Assembly (NCBI GenBank): GCA_944393585.1
Contig: CALYAR010000095.1
Location: 1-28,671, forward strand
Source of the DNA: an uncultured Clostridia bacterium
GTDB taxonomy: Bacteria > Bacillota > Clostridia > CALYAR01
DNA: 28,671 nucleotides
Direction of reading: 5' to 3'
Position numbers and translations under genes: made by a program. This document shows, piece after piece, positions 1 through 8,853 of this stretch. Numbering within the stretch: the first letter of the stretch is position 1; each line of letters begins with the position of its first letter. The notes under the pieces are model-generated. The model was not told where the DNA came from. It did no database searches and saw only the letters and a list, made by a program, of their open reading frames with translations.

Positions 1-433
1 AAAAATGAATTCCAATCTCTCGCAAAAACTCCAAATAATTCAGCGGCAGCAGCCAGTCCGCATTGTTTAACATTAACGCTTTGCCGTCGGAAAAGTCTAC
101 AATCGTAGAAAGCTGTTTTTTAAAGCAGTTGGCATTGTGATCAATCGTTTCCCGTGTCATCATTTGCCGCATATCGCTGCGGCCGCTGGGGTCGCCGACG
201 ACGGCTGTTCCTCCGCCAATAATCGCAATCGGCCGGTGACCCGCCCTTTGCATGTGAGCCATGACCACCATCTGAAGGAAATGACCCACATGCAGACTGT
301 CCGCAGTTGGATCAAAACCGATGTAGAAACTCACTTTCTCCTTTCCAAGCAGTTCACGTATTTCTTCTTCGTGTGTAACCTGAGCAATCAATCCGCGCTC
401 TTTGAGCACGTCATATACATTTCGTTCTTCCAT
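1..433 (-). CDS. tyrS: Tyrosine--tRNA ligase, N-terminal part (gene runs off the left edge)
   Basis: Absent from the ORF track because it has no stop in the window. Hand translation from ATG at 433-431: [87 protein letters not shown]... It has the class-I HIGH motif (HVGH) and the [10 protein letters not shown] / GDPSG blocks typical of TyrS. AGGAGGA sits 5 nt upstream of the ATG. Confidence 0.9.
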   Translation of the reverse strand, partial: MEERNVYDVLKERGLIAQVTHEEEIRELLGKEKVSFYIGFDPTADSLHVGHFLQMVVMAHMQRAGHRPIAIIGGGTAVVGDPSGRSDMRQMMTRETIDHNANCFKKQLSTIVDFSDGKALMLNNADWLLPLNYLEFLREIGIHF

Positions 434-471
434 TGTCTTCCTCCTGAAACAATTGAACAAGCTATTCTCAG

Positions 472-717
472 CTATTTATCGTTCCTATTATCTTCTTTTC
501 GAAAATATTCGATTCCCATAATCAGCAAACCCAAGACCAAGAATGCCATTGCTAGTACAAAGGGAAACATCATGCCGGTTTCCAACACTGTTGTCCAAAA
601 TCGTCCCGGCGGCGTACTCCAGCCAGAAACCAGATTGTTTCCTGCAAAGATAATAATCGCCAAAGACCATATTGTTCCGATTAAAGCTAAAAAACCGCCG
701 ATCAATGCGCGCTTCAT
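472..717 (-). CDS. Small membrane protein (81 aa, two predicted TM helices), unknown function
   Basis: ORF track. Two long hydrophobic stretches ([22 protein letters not shown] and [21 protein letters not shown]) flank a [10 protein letters not shown] loop, with a charged C-terminal tail. A G-rich SD (GGGGGAAAG) precedes the ATG. It sits between dus and tyrS on the same strand. Confidence 0.55.
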   Translation of the reverse strand: MKRALIGGFLALIGTIWSLAIIIFAGNNLVSGWSTPPGRFWTTVLETGMMFPFVLAMAFLVLGLLIMGIEYFRKEDNRNDK

Positions 718-801
718 CCATCTTTCCCCCTTGATTTTTACAACAGCTGAATTCTTCTCTTATGGCCGCATCTGTACTTTCATTCGCCTTATTGTACCAT
801 A

Positions 802-1752
802 TCAAAGCAGAGAATGCAAGATTTGCTGCATTTCCGCAAACGTTTTCGCCTGATTGATACGCTCCCGGCCTTCTGCACTGCCGCGCATCCCCTTAATATA
901 CCAGGCCGCATGCTTACGCGACTGAAGGATTCCCATATGTTCTCCCTCCTGCGCAACCAGCCGTTCGATGTGCCATAAGGCAGCGTCAATCCGCTCCTGT
1001 GGGGTTGTTTCGGTCAAAATTTGTCCGTATGTAAAATATTCATCCATTTCGCGAAATAAAAATGGATTTCCCAACGCAGCACGCCCCACCATCACGGCAT
1101 CACAATGCGTTGATTCCATCATCCTCTGGGCATCTATCGGCGATTTAACATCTCCATTCCCAATCACCGGAATTTTCACGGCTGCTTTAACACGGGCAAT
1201 GACATCCCAGTCTGCACTGCCGCTGTAATATTGTGCGCGCGTTCTCCCATGGACGCATATGGCGTCCGCTCCGCCTGCCTCTGCCGCTAACGCTACTTCC
1301 ACGGCATTGTCCTCGAGGAAACCTTTTCGAATCTTCACGCTGACCGGAACAGGAGAAACTTCTTTTACCGCGGCTACAATCTCCGTCACCTTCTGCGGCT
1401 GTGTCATCAAAAAACTGCCGTCTCCATTTTGCACAATCTTCGGAGCCGGACACCCCATGTTAATATCCAAAAGGGAAGCGCCGGTCGCCAATGCCTGGGG
1501 AACGATTTGCGCCATAATTTCAGGATCACTTCCAAAAATTTGAACCGCAAACGGAAAATCAATCGGATCCGACTGCAAAAGCTTAGCCGTCTTTTTATCC
1601 TGGTAATAGAGTGCCTTTGCACTTACCATTTCCGTATAAGTAAACGGACAGCCAAATCTGCGGCAAGTCATGCGAAAACTCAAATCGGTTACGCCCGCCA
1701 AAGGCGCCAAAAACACATTTTTATCTATTTTTAAATTTCCAATTTGAATCAA
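802..1752 (-). CDS. dus: tRNA-dihydrouridine synthase (Dus family, FMN TIM barrel)
   Basis: 316 aa with Dus signatures LAPLAGVTD and DINMGCP. The ORF track gives a TTG start. Confidence 0.9.
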   Translation of the reverse strand: MIQIGNLKIDKNVFLAPLAGVTDLSFRMTCRRFGCPFTYTEMVSAKALYYQDKKTAKLLQSDPIDFPFAVQIFGSDPEIMAQIVPQALATGASLLDINMGCPAPKIVQNGDGSFLMTQPQKVTEIVAAVKEVSPVPVSVKIRKGFLEDNAVEVALAAEAGGADAICVHGRTRAQYYSGSADWDVIARVKAAVKIPVIGNGDVKSPIDAQRMMESTHCDAVMVGRAALGNPFLFREMDEYFTYGQILTETTPQERIDAALWHIERLVAQEGEHMGILQSRKHAAWYIKGMRGSAEGRERINQAKTFAEMQQILHSLL

Positions 1753-1783
1753 TCCTATTCCGCCTTTCGCTCAATAATACAAT

Positions 1784-2281
1784 TTAAAAATCGGTTAAAG
1801 GAGCGAAGGAAATTTCATTGTGCTCCGCAATTCCGCCATAGAGGCAGTTGTTATTTTTGCCCACAGAAAAATAATGCTGTAAAGCCGATTTTGCTGAGAA
1901 GGGCATATCGCGCTCTAATATGTGCTCATAATCGACCCACTCCAATATACCTTCGCTACAGTTTGGAAGAACTATATCCGGATTCACCAAATCTGCAAAA
2001 AAATAATAGTTGATGCGGATTTCTTTGCCCTTTTTCCGCATTGTTATATAACGCAGCTGCATATTGCTAATGTCCTTCCGCAAAACACCAATTTCTTCCT
2101 GCAACTCTCGATAAGCACATGCATAGGGATCCTTCCATTCTTCTGGTTCAAAATGTCCGCCAATTCCGCACCAGGAAGGGGGAACTACTTTGGAACCAAT
2201 CCGATACAGCATCAATAGCTGCTGGTTCTTCCGCAAATAAACCGCTGTCATATTTCGAATTGAGCAGGAATCCGATGGCAT
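1784..2281 (-). CDS. NUDIX-family hydrolase
   Basis: 165 aa with a Nudix-box-like segment GGHFEPEEWKDPYACAYRELQEEIGV (the RELQEEIG core). The spacing is slightly longer than the canonical Gx5Ex7REUxEExGU. Confidence 0.75.
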   Translation of the reverse strand: MPSDSCSIRNMTAVYLRKNQQLLMLYRIGSKVVPPSWCGIGGHFEPEEWKDPYACAYRELQEEIGVLRKDISNMQLRYITMRKKGKEIRINYYFFADLVNPDIVLPNCSEGILEWVDYEHILERDMPFSAKSALQHYFSVGKNNNCLYGGIAEHNEISFAPLTDF

Positions 2282-2541
2282 ATTATTTCACCGTCCTTTT
2301 AGGTAAATTCATTCTCTTTCGTGTTTTTCCAATAAATTTCATTATACAGCAATTTTTTGATTTTTCAATCACCTATTACAAAACAGGAAAAGAATGCGTG
2401 AATAATTCACTCAAAAAAAAGCAAAATAAAAACAGATCGGATCAATTGAAACCCACGTTTGAACTGATTCGGTTTTACTGTGCGGATCAATCCGCACATC
2501 ACACAAATGATCTTTTTATAAAAAGAGGAAGGTGTAACAAA

Positions 2542-2700
2542 ATGGCAAAAAAGAATAATAACCAAAATCAGGCAAAGAACAATCAAAACAATAACCTGAA
2601 CAACAGCAAAAACCAAAACCAGAACTGCAGGAACGATGTGCAGAATCAGAATAAGAATTCCAAAAATTCTTATCAGGACAATATGCAAGATTGCAGATAA
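2542..2700 (+). CDS. Asn/Gln-rich microprotein, 52 aa (MAKKNNNQNQAKNNQNNNLNNSKNQNQNCRNDVQNQNKNSKNSYQDNMQDCR)
   Basis: This is the last 52 codons of the 2119..2700 track ORF. Only this internal ATG has an SD (AAAAGAGGAAGG, about 8 nt upstream). Synonymous codons are mixed (AAT/AAC, CAA/CAG), so it is not a simple DNA repeat. A GC-rich hairpin follows the stop. Confidence 0.5.
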   Translation: MAKKNNNQNQAKNNQNNNLNNSKNQNQNCRNDVQNQNKNSKNSYQDNMQDCR

Positions 2701-2706
2701 CCTTGA

Positions 2707-2729
2707 ATGGGCGGAGAATACCCGCCCAT
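2707..2729. terminator. GC-rich hairpin between the convergent micro-ORF and dtd (possible bidirectional terminator)
   Basis: ATGGGCGG (2707-2714) pairs with CCGCCCAT (2722-2729) across a 7-nt loop. There is no clear U-tract on either strand, so confidence is moderate. Confidence 0.45.
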
Positions 2730-2734
2730 ACATA

Positions 2735-3196
2735 CTATTTCTTCAACTTTCGGTCAGCTGTGTCAATTAATATTGTTACAGGACCATCGTTTGCAATCCG
2801 AACCAGCATATCTGCGCCAAACACTCCTGTTTTGACTGGTATTGTGCTATTCTCTTTCAAAAATTGCACAAAGTATTCATAGAGTTCTTCCGCAGCCTGC
2901 GGCGGGGCAGCGGCTGTAAAAGACGGACGGCGTCCTCCAATTGCATCGGCATATAAAGTAAACTGGGATACGATAAGCAGCTCACCCTGGATGTCCCGAA
3001 TTGATCGGTTCATTTTTCCATTTTCATCTTCAAATACACGCAGGCCCAAAAGACGGTCTGCCAGATATTCTGCCTCTTCTTTGCCGTCCCCCTGCCCAAC
3101 TCCCAATAATACTGCAAATCCCTTTTGAATTTTTCCTACTGCTTCTCCATTGATTTCAACGCTTGCTTCCTTCACGCGCTGGATCACGATTCTCAT
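2735..3196 (-). CDS. dtd: D-aminoacyl-tRNA deacylase
   Basis: The track ORF is 172 aa. I prefer the internal ATG at 3196 (MRIVIQRV..., AAGGAG 8 nt upstream), which gives 153 aa. Dtd motifs are present: MRxVxQRV N-terminus, SQFTL, GxFGADM. Confidence 0.9.
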   Translation of the reverse strand: MRIVIQRVKEASVEINGEAVGKIQKGFAVLLGVGQGDGKEEAEYLADRLLGLRVFEDENGKMNRSIRDIQGELLIVSQFTLYADAIGGRRPSFTAAAPPQAAEELYEYFVQFLKENSTIPVKTGVFGADMLVRIANDGPVTILIDTADRKLKK

Positions 3197-3210
3197 TTGA
3201 GTTTCTCCTT

Positions 3211-4422
3211 TTATACATGATTTCCTGCAATAGCGCCGCTTGTCCAGGCCCATTGCAAATTATATCCTCCGCAGTCGCCGTCGATATCCAAAATTTCGCC
3301 GGCAAGAAAGAGGTTTTTGCATTTTAAAGATTCCATGGTCAGCGGGTCGACTTCATTTGTGCGAACTCCGCCGCAGCAAACCTGTGCTTCTCGATACCCC
3401 GCTGTTGCCACAGCATAAAACGGCCATGCCTTCAAAGCCTTTGCCAGCTGTTTGGCTTCTGCTGCCGTCACCGTTTCCGCAAAACGCCCGGGGTCAAAAG
3501 ACTGAGATTTTAAAAAAGCGCGAATAAGCTTTTTATGAAAAAACCCGTTTAAGTTCTCTTCCAATGTTTTGTATCCCATCGTATAAAAACGCTGACAGAG
3601 CCTGTCTGCTAAATCGTCTTGTTCCAGTTTGGGATATAAATCGAGCTTTATCTCCGCTTCTCTTCCTAAAACTGTCTGTTCCGAAACAAACCGGCTGATT
3701 TCAAAAACAGCTGGCCCTGAAATTCCCTGATCCGTAAAAAGAATTTCATCCACTTTACTGGTTTGAGCCTGGCACACCGTAACAGTTCCATTCCATTTTA
3801 CACCCGATATTTCCTTTAAAAACGGTTCTTTCAGCTTTAATTTTACCAATGCGGGAAATGTTTCCGTAATGCTGTGACCCAGACTTTGGGCAAGAGAATA
3901 TCCGCTTCCGTTGCTCCCCAAGTGAGAAGCCGCCCTTCCTCCTGCCGCCAAAATCACTTTATCTGCCTGAAATGTTTTGCCGTTGTAAGCAGTTATCTGA
4001 AATCCTCCCTTGCTTGGGCGAATGGAGGCCGCATCGAACTCACAAATTTCCGTCACTCCAAGCCGGCTCGCCTCATAACGTAAATTATCGACTACGGACG
4101 ACGCCTGCAGAGAATACGGATATAATTTACCATCCTCTTCCTGAATGAGATCAATTCCAATTTCATGAAAAAACTGGATGGTATCCTCTTTTGAGAACTG
4201 TTCAAACGTACTCATCATAGCCTCTTTCTGTTCCCCATGGTAATGGGAAACAGAAAGATCCATATTGGTTAAATTGCATCTTCCATTTCCGGTAGCCAAA
4301 AGCTTTTTTCCCGTCCGCGGCATTCGTTCTAGAATGAATATGGATTTTCCTCGGCGCGCTGCCATAATGGCAGAAATAAGTCCGGCGGCTCCGCCGCCAA
4401 TGACTGCAATTCTTTCTCCCAC
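3211..4422 (-). CDS. HI0933/BaiN-like NAD(P)/FAD-dependent oxidoreductase (COG2081-type flavoprotein)
   Basis: 403 aa, GTG start with GAAGGAGGA upstream. The N-terminal dinucleotide fold IAVIGGGAAGL is followed by TGNGRCNLTN, typical of the HI0933 family. The stop lies 14 nt before dtd. Confidence 0.8.
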   Translation of the reverse strand: MGERIAVIGGGAAGLISAIMAARRGKSIFILERMPRTGKKLLATGNGRCNLTNMDLSVSHYHGEQKEAMMSTFEQFSKEDTIQFFHEIGIDLIQEEDGKLYPYSLQASSVVDNLRYEASRLGVTEICEFDAASIRPSKGGFQITAYNGKTFQADKVILAAGGRAASHLGSNGSGYSLAQSLGHSITETFPALVKLKLKEPFLKEISGVKWNGTVTVCQAQTSKVDEILFTDQGISGPAVFEISRFVSEQTVLGREAEIKLDLYPKLEQDDLADRLCQRFYTMGYKTLEENLNGFFHKKLIRAFLKSQSFDPGRFAETVTAAEAKQLAKALKAWPFYAVATAGYREAQVCCGGVRTNEVDPLTMESLKCKNLFLAGEILDIDGDCGGYNLQWAWTSGAIAGNHV

Positions 4423-4436
4423 TTTTTATCCTCCTT

Positions 4437-6032
4437 CTAAAAGGGTTTAAACTGCTGTATAATTTGAACTGCCGTACGGATGCCGTCGGCAGCGGCAGAC
4501 ATGATTCCGCCCGCATATCCCGCTCCCTCTCCCGCAGGATAAATGCCTTCGATGTTAGAGCAAAAATCCTCTCCCCTAATGATTGTAACAGGAGACGATG
4601 TTCTCGTTTCCACTCCGGACAATACTGCATCGCGGGCAGAAAACCCGGATATTCTGCGGTTAAATTCGGGAATGGCTTCCCGCAGCGACTCTGTCACAAA
4701 ATAAGGAATGCACTCAGACAAATCACACAGTTTGTATCCGGAAGGAGAGCTTGGTTCTACGCAACCCAAAGTACTGCTTGGTACTTTTTTTATAAAATCT
4801 CCCACTAATTGAACCGGCAGCCGGTAATCACCGCTTATTTCAAATGCAGCGCGTTCCCACTTCTGCTGAAATTCTACTCCCGCCAACGCATGGCTGCTTC
4901 CGAAATCTTCTGGCGTTACATTCACCACCAGAGCACTGTTTGCATTGGAAAAATTACGGGCATAATTGCTCATTCCATTTGTAACTGTCATTTCGTATTG
5001 GGAGGAAGCATTGACAACTGTTCCTCCAGGACACATGCAAAAAGAGTAGACGCTTCTTCCCTTTTTAGTATGATAAGTAAGCTTATAATCCGCCGCTCCC
5101 AGCTCTTTGACCGAATCCAATCCTCCATATTGAGAGACATTAATCCATTTTTGCGGATGCTCGATCCGAAGTCCAATTGCAAATGCCTTAGGAGTCATCA
5201 AAACGCCTTTCTCACAAAGCATCCGAAACGTATCACGGGCGCTGTGGCCCAGAGCTAAAACCAAAATCTCAACAGGAAGCTCTCTTTCGTTGACGCGGCA
5301 GGCCTGGATTTTGCCGCTTTCAATTTGAATGTCCTGAAGAGTGGATTCGAATCGAAATTCACCGCCCAGCGATATAATTTCCCTCCGCAGTTTGGGAATG
5401 ATCTTTTTCAGCTGATCTGTGCCTAAATGCGGTTTGTTCAGATACAAAATCTCTTCCGGAGCACCGCAGCGTACAAAAGTTTCTAAAATCTGCTGCAGAT
5501 ACCCATTTCTGTCATGCACCATTGTATTCAGTTTGCCGTCGGAAAACGTTCCCGCCCCGCCTTCGCCGAACTGTACGTTTGAATTTGGATTTAAAACTCC
5601 CCTTTTCCAAAATGCGTCGACATCTTTTTGGCGCTCTTCTACACATTTTCCACGCTCAATCACAATGGGAGCGTATCCTTCCCGAGCAAGCTTCCAGGCA
5701 CAAAACAGCCCGCATGGACCGCTTCCCACAATGACCGGACGATGCCTCAGCAGTTTAGTTCCATAGGAAAGCTTCTGTGGCTGTAAATGTTCATATGCCG
5801 ATATATCAGCACTTTCTTTCCATTTGTTTAATATCTCTGATTCCGATTTTAACGCAACAGCAACTGTATATACGATCATAATATCAGGCTTTTTGCGAGC
5901 ATCCACTGATTTTTTTAAAATTATTTTCTCTTTGAACTCCGAAACCGAGATACTGATACGGTGAGCGGCCAGATTCCATAAATCATCCATCGTATGCCGG
6001 ACCGGAAGTTTGATTTGGCTAATTTTTATCAT
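4437..6032 (-). CDS. FAD-dependent protein of the uncharacterised COG2509 family
   Basis: 531 aa. The N-terminus MIKISQIKLPV...KKSVDARKK and the GSGPCGLF dinucleotide-binding motif match my recollection of COG2509 proteins. Its stop overlaps the SD region of the next gene. Confidence 0.75.
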   Translation of the reverse strand: MIKISQIKLPVRHTMDDLWNLAAHRISISVSEFKEKIILKKSVDARKKPDIMIVYTVAVALKSESEILNKWKESADISAYEHLQPQKLSYGTKLLRHRPVIVGSGPCGLFCAWKLAREGYAPIVIERGKCVEERQKDVDAFWKRGVLNPNSNVQFGEGGAGTFSDGKLNTMVHDRNGYLQQILETFVRCGAPEEILYLNKPHLGTDQLKKIIPKLRREIISLGGEFRFESTLQDIQIESGKIQACRVNERELPVEILVLALGHSARDTFRMLCEKGVLMTPKAFAIGLRIEHPQKWINVSQYGGLDSVKELGAADYKLTYHTKKGRSVYSFCMCPGGTVVNASSQYEMTVTNGMSNYARNFSNANSALVVNVTPEDFGSSHALAGVEFQQKWERAAFEISGDYRLPVQLVGDFIKKVPSSTLGCVEPSSPSGYKLCDLSECIPYFVTESLREAIPEFNRRISGFSARDAVLSGVETRTSSPVTIIRGEDFCSNIEGIYPAGEGAGYAGGIMSAAADGIRTAVQIIQQFKPF

Positions 6033-6161
6033 TGTCTCATTCGTTTCCCCATTTCATTTTCCACTAGTATACACTATTTTTAGTTCAGTTGCAAATATCA
6101 CATAACCTCGAATATGACTTTTAAAATGGTACATACTAACTTTGAAAAGAGGTGAGATTCA

Positions 6162-6608
6162 TTGAAAAAGGCAAAAGAATTTTCTCTGGTATTTGGCGTA
6201 GGTTCCGTAGGATATAGTTTAATTGAGATTTTATGGCGGGGATATACCCATTGGACAATGGCTCTCACGGGGGGAATTTGTTTGACCGCACTTTACTCCA
6301 TGAATTTTAAATTGTGCAAACAAAAATTATGGAAAAGATGTCTGGCTGGAAGCGCACTGATTACTGTGATTGAATTTTCAGCCGGAATTTTAATTAATAA
6401 GATATTTCATATGAATGTATGGGATTACTCAGACCGTAAATTTAATTTAATGGGGCAGATCTGTCCGCTTTACTCTGCTCTCTGGTTTTTGCTTTGCATT
6501 CCAGTCAACAGATTGACAGAGTATATGCGCTATAAATTTCATGCTGCGTCTCACCTTAAAGTATTGGCCAACGGAATCAAATTACTACGTCAGGCCAGCA
6601 AAAATTGA
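6162..6608 (+). CDS. Small polytopic membrane protein, DUF1113 / 'putative ABC-transporter type IV' like
   Basis: 148 aa, TTG start with AGAGGTGA 6 nt upstream. Four hydrophobic segments. The EILWRGYTHW and VWDYS motifs are as I recall for PF06541. Confidence 0.55.
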   Translation: MKKAKEFSLVFGVGSVGYSLIEILWRGYTHWTMALTGGICLTALYSMNFKLCKQKLWKRCLAGSALITVIEFSAGILINKIFHMNVWDYSDRKFNLMGQICPLYSALWFLLCIPVNRLTEYMRYKFHAASHLKVLANGIKLLRQASKN

Positions 6609-6633
6609 TATTTTTTTAACGTCCAAATTCCTC

Positions 6634-6662
6634 TTGCTTTTGTATATTAAATCGTTTATAAT
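6634..6662 (+). promoter_or_regulatory. Sigma-A-type promoter candidate for the MFS transporter gene
   Basis: TTGCTT (6634-6639), 17-nt spacer, TATAAT (6657-6662), about 80 nt upstream of the ATG at 6741. Confidence 0.45.
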
Positions 6663-6740
6663 AGCTCCTGTCTCTTGAGCAGAAATGTGCTGTAAGCGGC
6701 AATAATTGGATATTTTCCATCAGAAACAGGAGAGATTGAT

Positions 6741-8039
6741 ATGGCGGCATTCTTTCGGGCAATGATCAACTCAGTAAGAAACCAGGGCTATACGAAAAAC
6801 CAGAAAATTTTTATTGTAGAAGGAATCTTCACCAATATAATGACCGTCTTTACCACTGCCTCGTTTCTGACGGGATTTTTGGTTTCCATCGGAATGTCGG
6901 ATTATCATATCGGACTCATGAGTACTTCCGCAACCTGGTCTTCTATTATAGCATTAGCTTCTATTTTTCTATATCAAAAAATGCGGCGGGTAAAGCCTTT
7001 TTTGGTAACGATCTATGTAATATCAAAGGCTTTGCTTTGCTTTATTGTCATCGTTCCATTTATTTTGGGAGCTTCCAGCGTCGTGCAGAATATCGTAATG
7101 CTGATGATTGTTGCCGGATATATTCTGACTGCGGTATATAATGTGGGATACAATGTATGGCTGATGAATTCCATTGAACGCCATAACCGGACCCAATATG
7201 TCTATGACCGTATGTTTTACATTCGCATATTCTATTTGATTGCTTTGATCGTTTCGGGTTTCTTAATGGATTCCTTGGAAAGCAATCCATTTGGCTTTCT
7301 TATTATCTTCTTATCTGGATTTGCTTTTTCGCTGGTAAGCTTTATTACAATGCTTCGGGCGGATGAATCCGTGAACCTGAAGCCACGGACTCACAGAATC
7401 AGCTTTCGCGAGTTTATTATGCCGTTCCGGGATAAGCCTTATCTCAAGTTTTTATGCTTCATTTTCTTATACTACATATGTCTGACGACTTCTTCCTGCT
7501 TTACGGGAGTCTTTTTGCTGAAATATCTGGGAATCAGCTACATTGCCTATTCCGGGATGAACATCCTAACCTTTATCGCACAGATTTTGACAAGCAAATT
7601 TTGGAGCAGAATTGAACGGGAACGCGGAGCTTTGTTTGTTATCAAAGTATCGGGATTGATTGCAGTCAGTGAATTCCTTTTTTATGGGTTTATGACACAT
7701 GCCACTTTGTTTTTCCTGTTCCTAACGCCGTTTCTTTCCGGGATTGGAAACAGCGGCTATGGCGTTGCAATTTTTACATATCGGTATGAATTAATGCCGG
7801 AAACAAATAATGAACCCTATGAAGCCTGGTTTAATGGTTTTTACGGACTTGCCACACTCCTGGCACCTATGATCGGCAATTTCTTATGTGGACTTCTTCC
7901 CGATTTCCAAAATGCAGTCTATGAATTCAGTGATTTTCAGATTCTATATCTGGCTTCCTTTATTGGTGCCACTCTGGTTGTTCTCTTGTTAATCAAACCC
8001 AAGAAATCAGACAAGGACAAACAAAAGCAGCTTAAATAA
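6741..8039 (+). CDS. MFS-type transporter (about 12 TM), substrate unknown
   Basis: 432 aa, uniformly hydrophobic with about 12 helices and a lysine-rich C-terminal tail. AGGAGAG SD. The family call rests on topology only. Confidence 0.6.
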   Translation: MAAFFRAMINSVRNQGYTKNQKIFIVEGIFTNIMTVFTTASFLTGFLVSIGMSDYHIGLMSTSATWSSIIALASIFLYQKMRRVKPFLVTIYVISKALLCFIVIVPFILGASSVVQNIVMLMIVAGYILTAVYNVGYNVWLMNSIERHNRTQYVYDRMFYIRIFYLIALIVSGFLMDSLESNPFGFLIIFLSGFAFSLVSFITMLRADESVNLKPRTHRISFREFIMPFRDKPYLKFLCFIFLYYICLTTSSCFTGVFLLKYLGISYIAYSGMNILTFIAQILTSKFWSRIERERGALFVIKVSGLIAVSEFLFYGFMTHATLFFLFLTPFLSGIGNSGYGVAIFTYRYELMPETNNEPYEAWFNGFYGLATLLAPMIGNFLCGLLPDFQNAVYEFSDFQILYLASFIGATLVVLLLIKPKKSDKDKQKQLK

Positions 8040-8070
8040 AGACAGACTGCTTAGAATGTTTTGCAATATA

Positions 8071-8123
8071 AAGCTCTGAGACAGCAAACAAAAAGCTTTT
8101 CAGTCGCAGAGCTTCGGCTTTTT
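8071..8123 (+). terminator. Imperfect long hairpin plus T-run downstream of the MFS gene
   Basis: AAGCTCTG (8071-8078) pairs with CAGAGCTT (8107-8114). The loop can pair internally, and CGGCTTTTT follows. Confidence 0.35.
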
Positions 8124-8349
8124 GCGGCCAAAAATCCTTGTCCGCATTGATCTATCCCAAGATACTAACTGAACAATATATGCTGCGGTATTCTCGGAAT
8201 AAAACAGAATGAATTTGTTCCGACATAGAAACTGGTGATGATTACGGCCGTAAAAAGTTTTGTCACATTATAGCTTTTAAACTGATTTGAGAATTAGCGA
8301 ATTAAGTTTACACAGTCACTGCAAGCGTTACGATTTTTGAGCTGTTTAT

Positions 8350-8385
8350 TCAAAACAAATGGGGATATGGATGTGCCATATCCCC
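8350..8385 (-). terminator. Intrinsic terminator of rnhA
   Basis: GGGGATATGG (8361-8370) pairs with CCATATCCCC (8376-8385) across a 5-nt loop, directly after the rnhA stop. On the minus strand it is followed by ATTTGTTTTG. Confidence 0.6.
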
Positions 8386-8853
8386 CTATTGCAGATATCC
8401 TTTGTCTTCCAATAAATGCTCCTGCTTTAATGCGGCTACAGCCAGCGCATCACATCGCTCATTTTGCGGATGTCCATCATGGCCTTTCACCCAGATAAAT
8501 TTGACTTCATGCCGAGAGAGCTGCTCGCTCAAACGCTCCCACAGATCAAAATTCACTCTCTTTTGTTTTGTCTTGGGATCGAAGAAATTTTTTTTCTTCC
8601 ATCCGTCCAGCCATTTTTGATTAATGGCATCAACCAAATATTTCGAATCGCTCCATAGCGTTACTCTGCATGGCTCCTTTAAAAGCCGCAGTGCTTCAAT
8701 AGCAGCTAATAATTCCATTCTGTTGTTTGTCGTCAATCGATAGCCGGCCGATATCTCTTTGCTTTTGTCACGGTAACATAAAATGGCACCATATCCGCCC
8801 GCTCCTGGATTTCCGCTGCAGGCGCCGTCTGTATAAATGCTGACTTCTTTCAT
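8386..8853 (-). CDS. rnhA: Ribonuclease HI
   Basis: 155 aa. YTDGACSGNPGAGGYG N-terminus, NNRMEL and HxGHxxNExCD-like C-terminus (KGHDGHPQNERCD). Confidence 0.9.
   Translation of the reverse strand: MKEVSIYTDGACSGNPGAGGYGAILCYRDKSKEISAGYRLTTNNRMELLAAIEALRLLKEPCRVTLWSDSKYLVDAINQKWLDGWKKKNFFDPKTKQKRVNFDLWERLSEQLSRHEVKFIWVKGHDGHPQNERCDALAVAALKQEHLLEDKGYLQ

Noticed and set aside
434-801. Possibility that the 81-aa 'ORF' upstream of tyrS is really a T-box leader RNA.
   Set aside because: I found no T-box sequence, specifier-loop architecture or terminator/antiterminator pair. The translation has two clean TM helices and an SD, so a small membrane protein is the better reading.
137-853. 238-aa plus-strand ORF from the track.
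   Set aside because: It runs antisense to tyrS and to the 81-aa membrane protein. It has no SD and an odd composition, while the minus-strand products carry clear family motifs.
2119-2541. The long version (193 aa) of the ORF containing the Asn/Gln-rich peptide.
   Set aside because: The upstream 140 codons overlap the NUDIX gene in antisense and cross the divergent promoter region. Only the ATG at 2542 has a ribosome-binding site.
2407-2733. 108-aa minus-strand ORF rich in I/L/V.
   Set aside because: It is the antisense mirror of the AAT/AAC/CAA-rich micro-ORF (reverse complements give Ile, Val and Leu codons). It has no SD and would run through the hairpin at 2707-2729.
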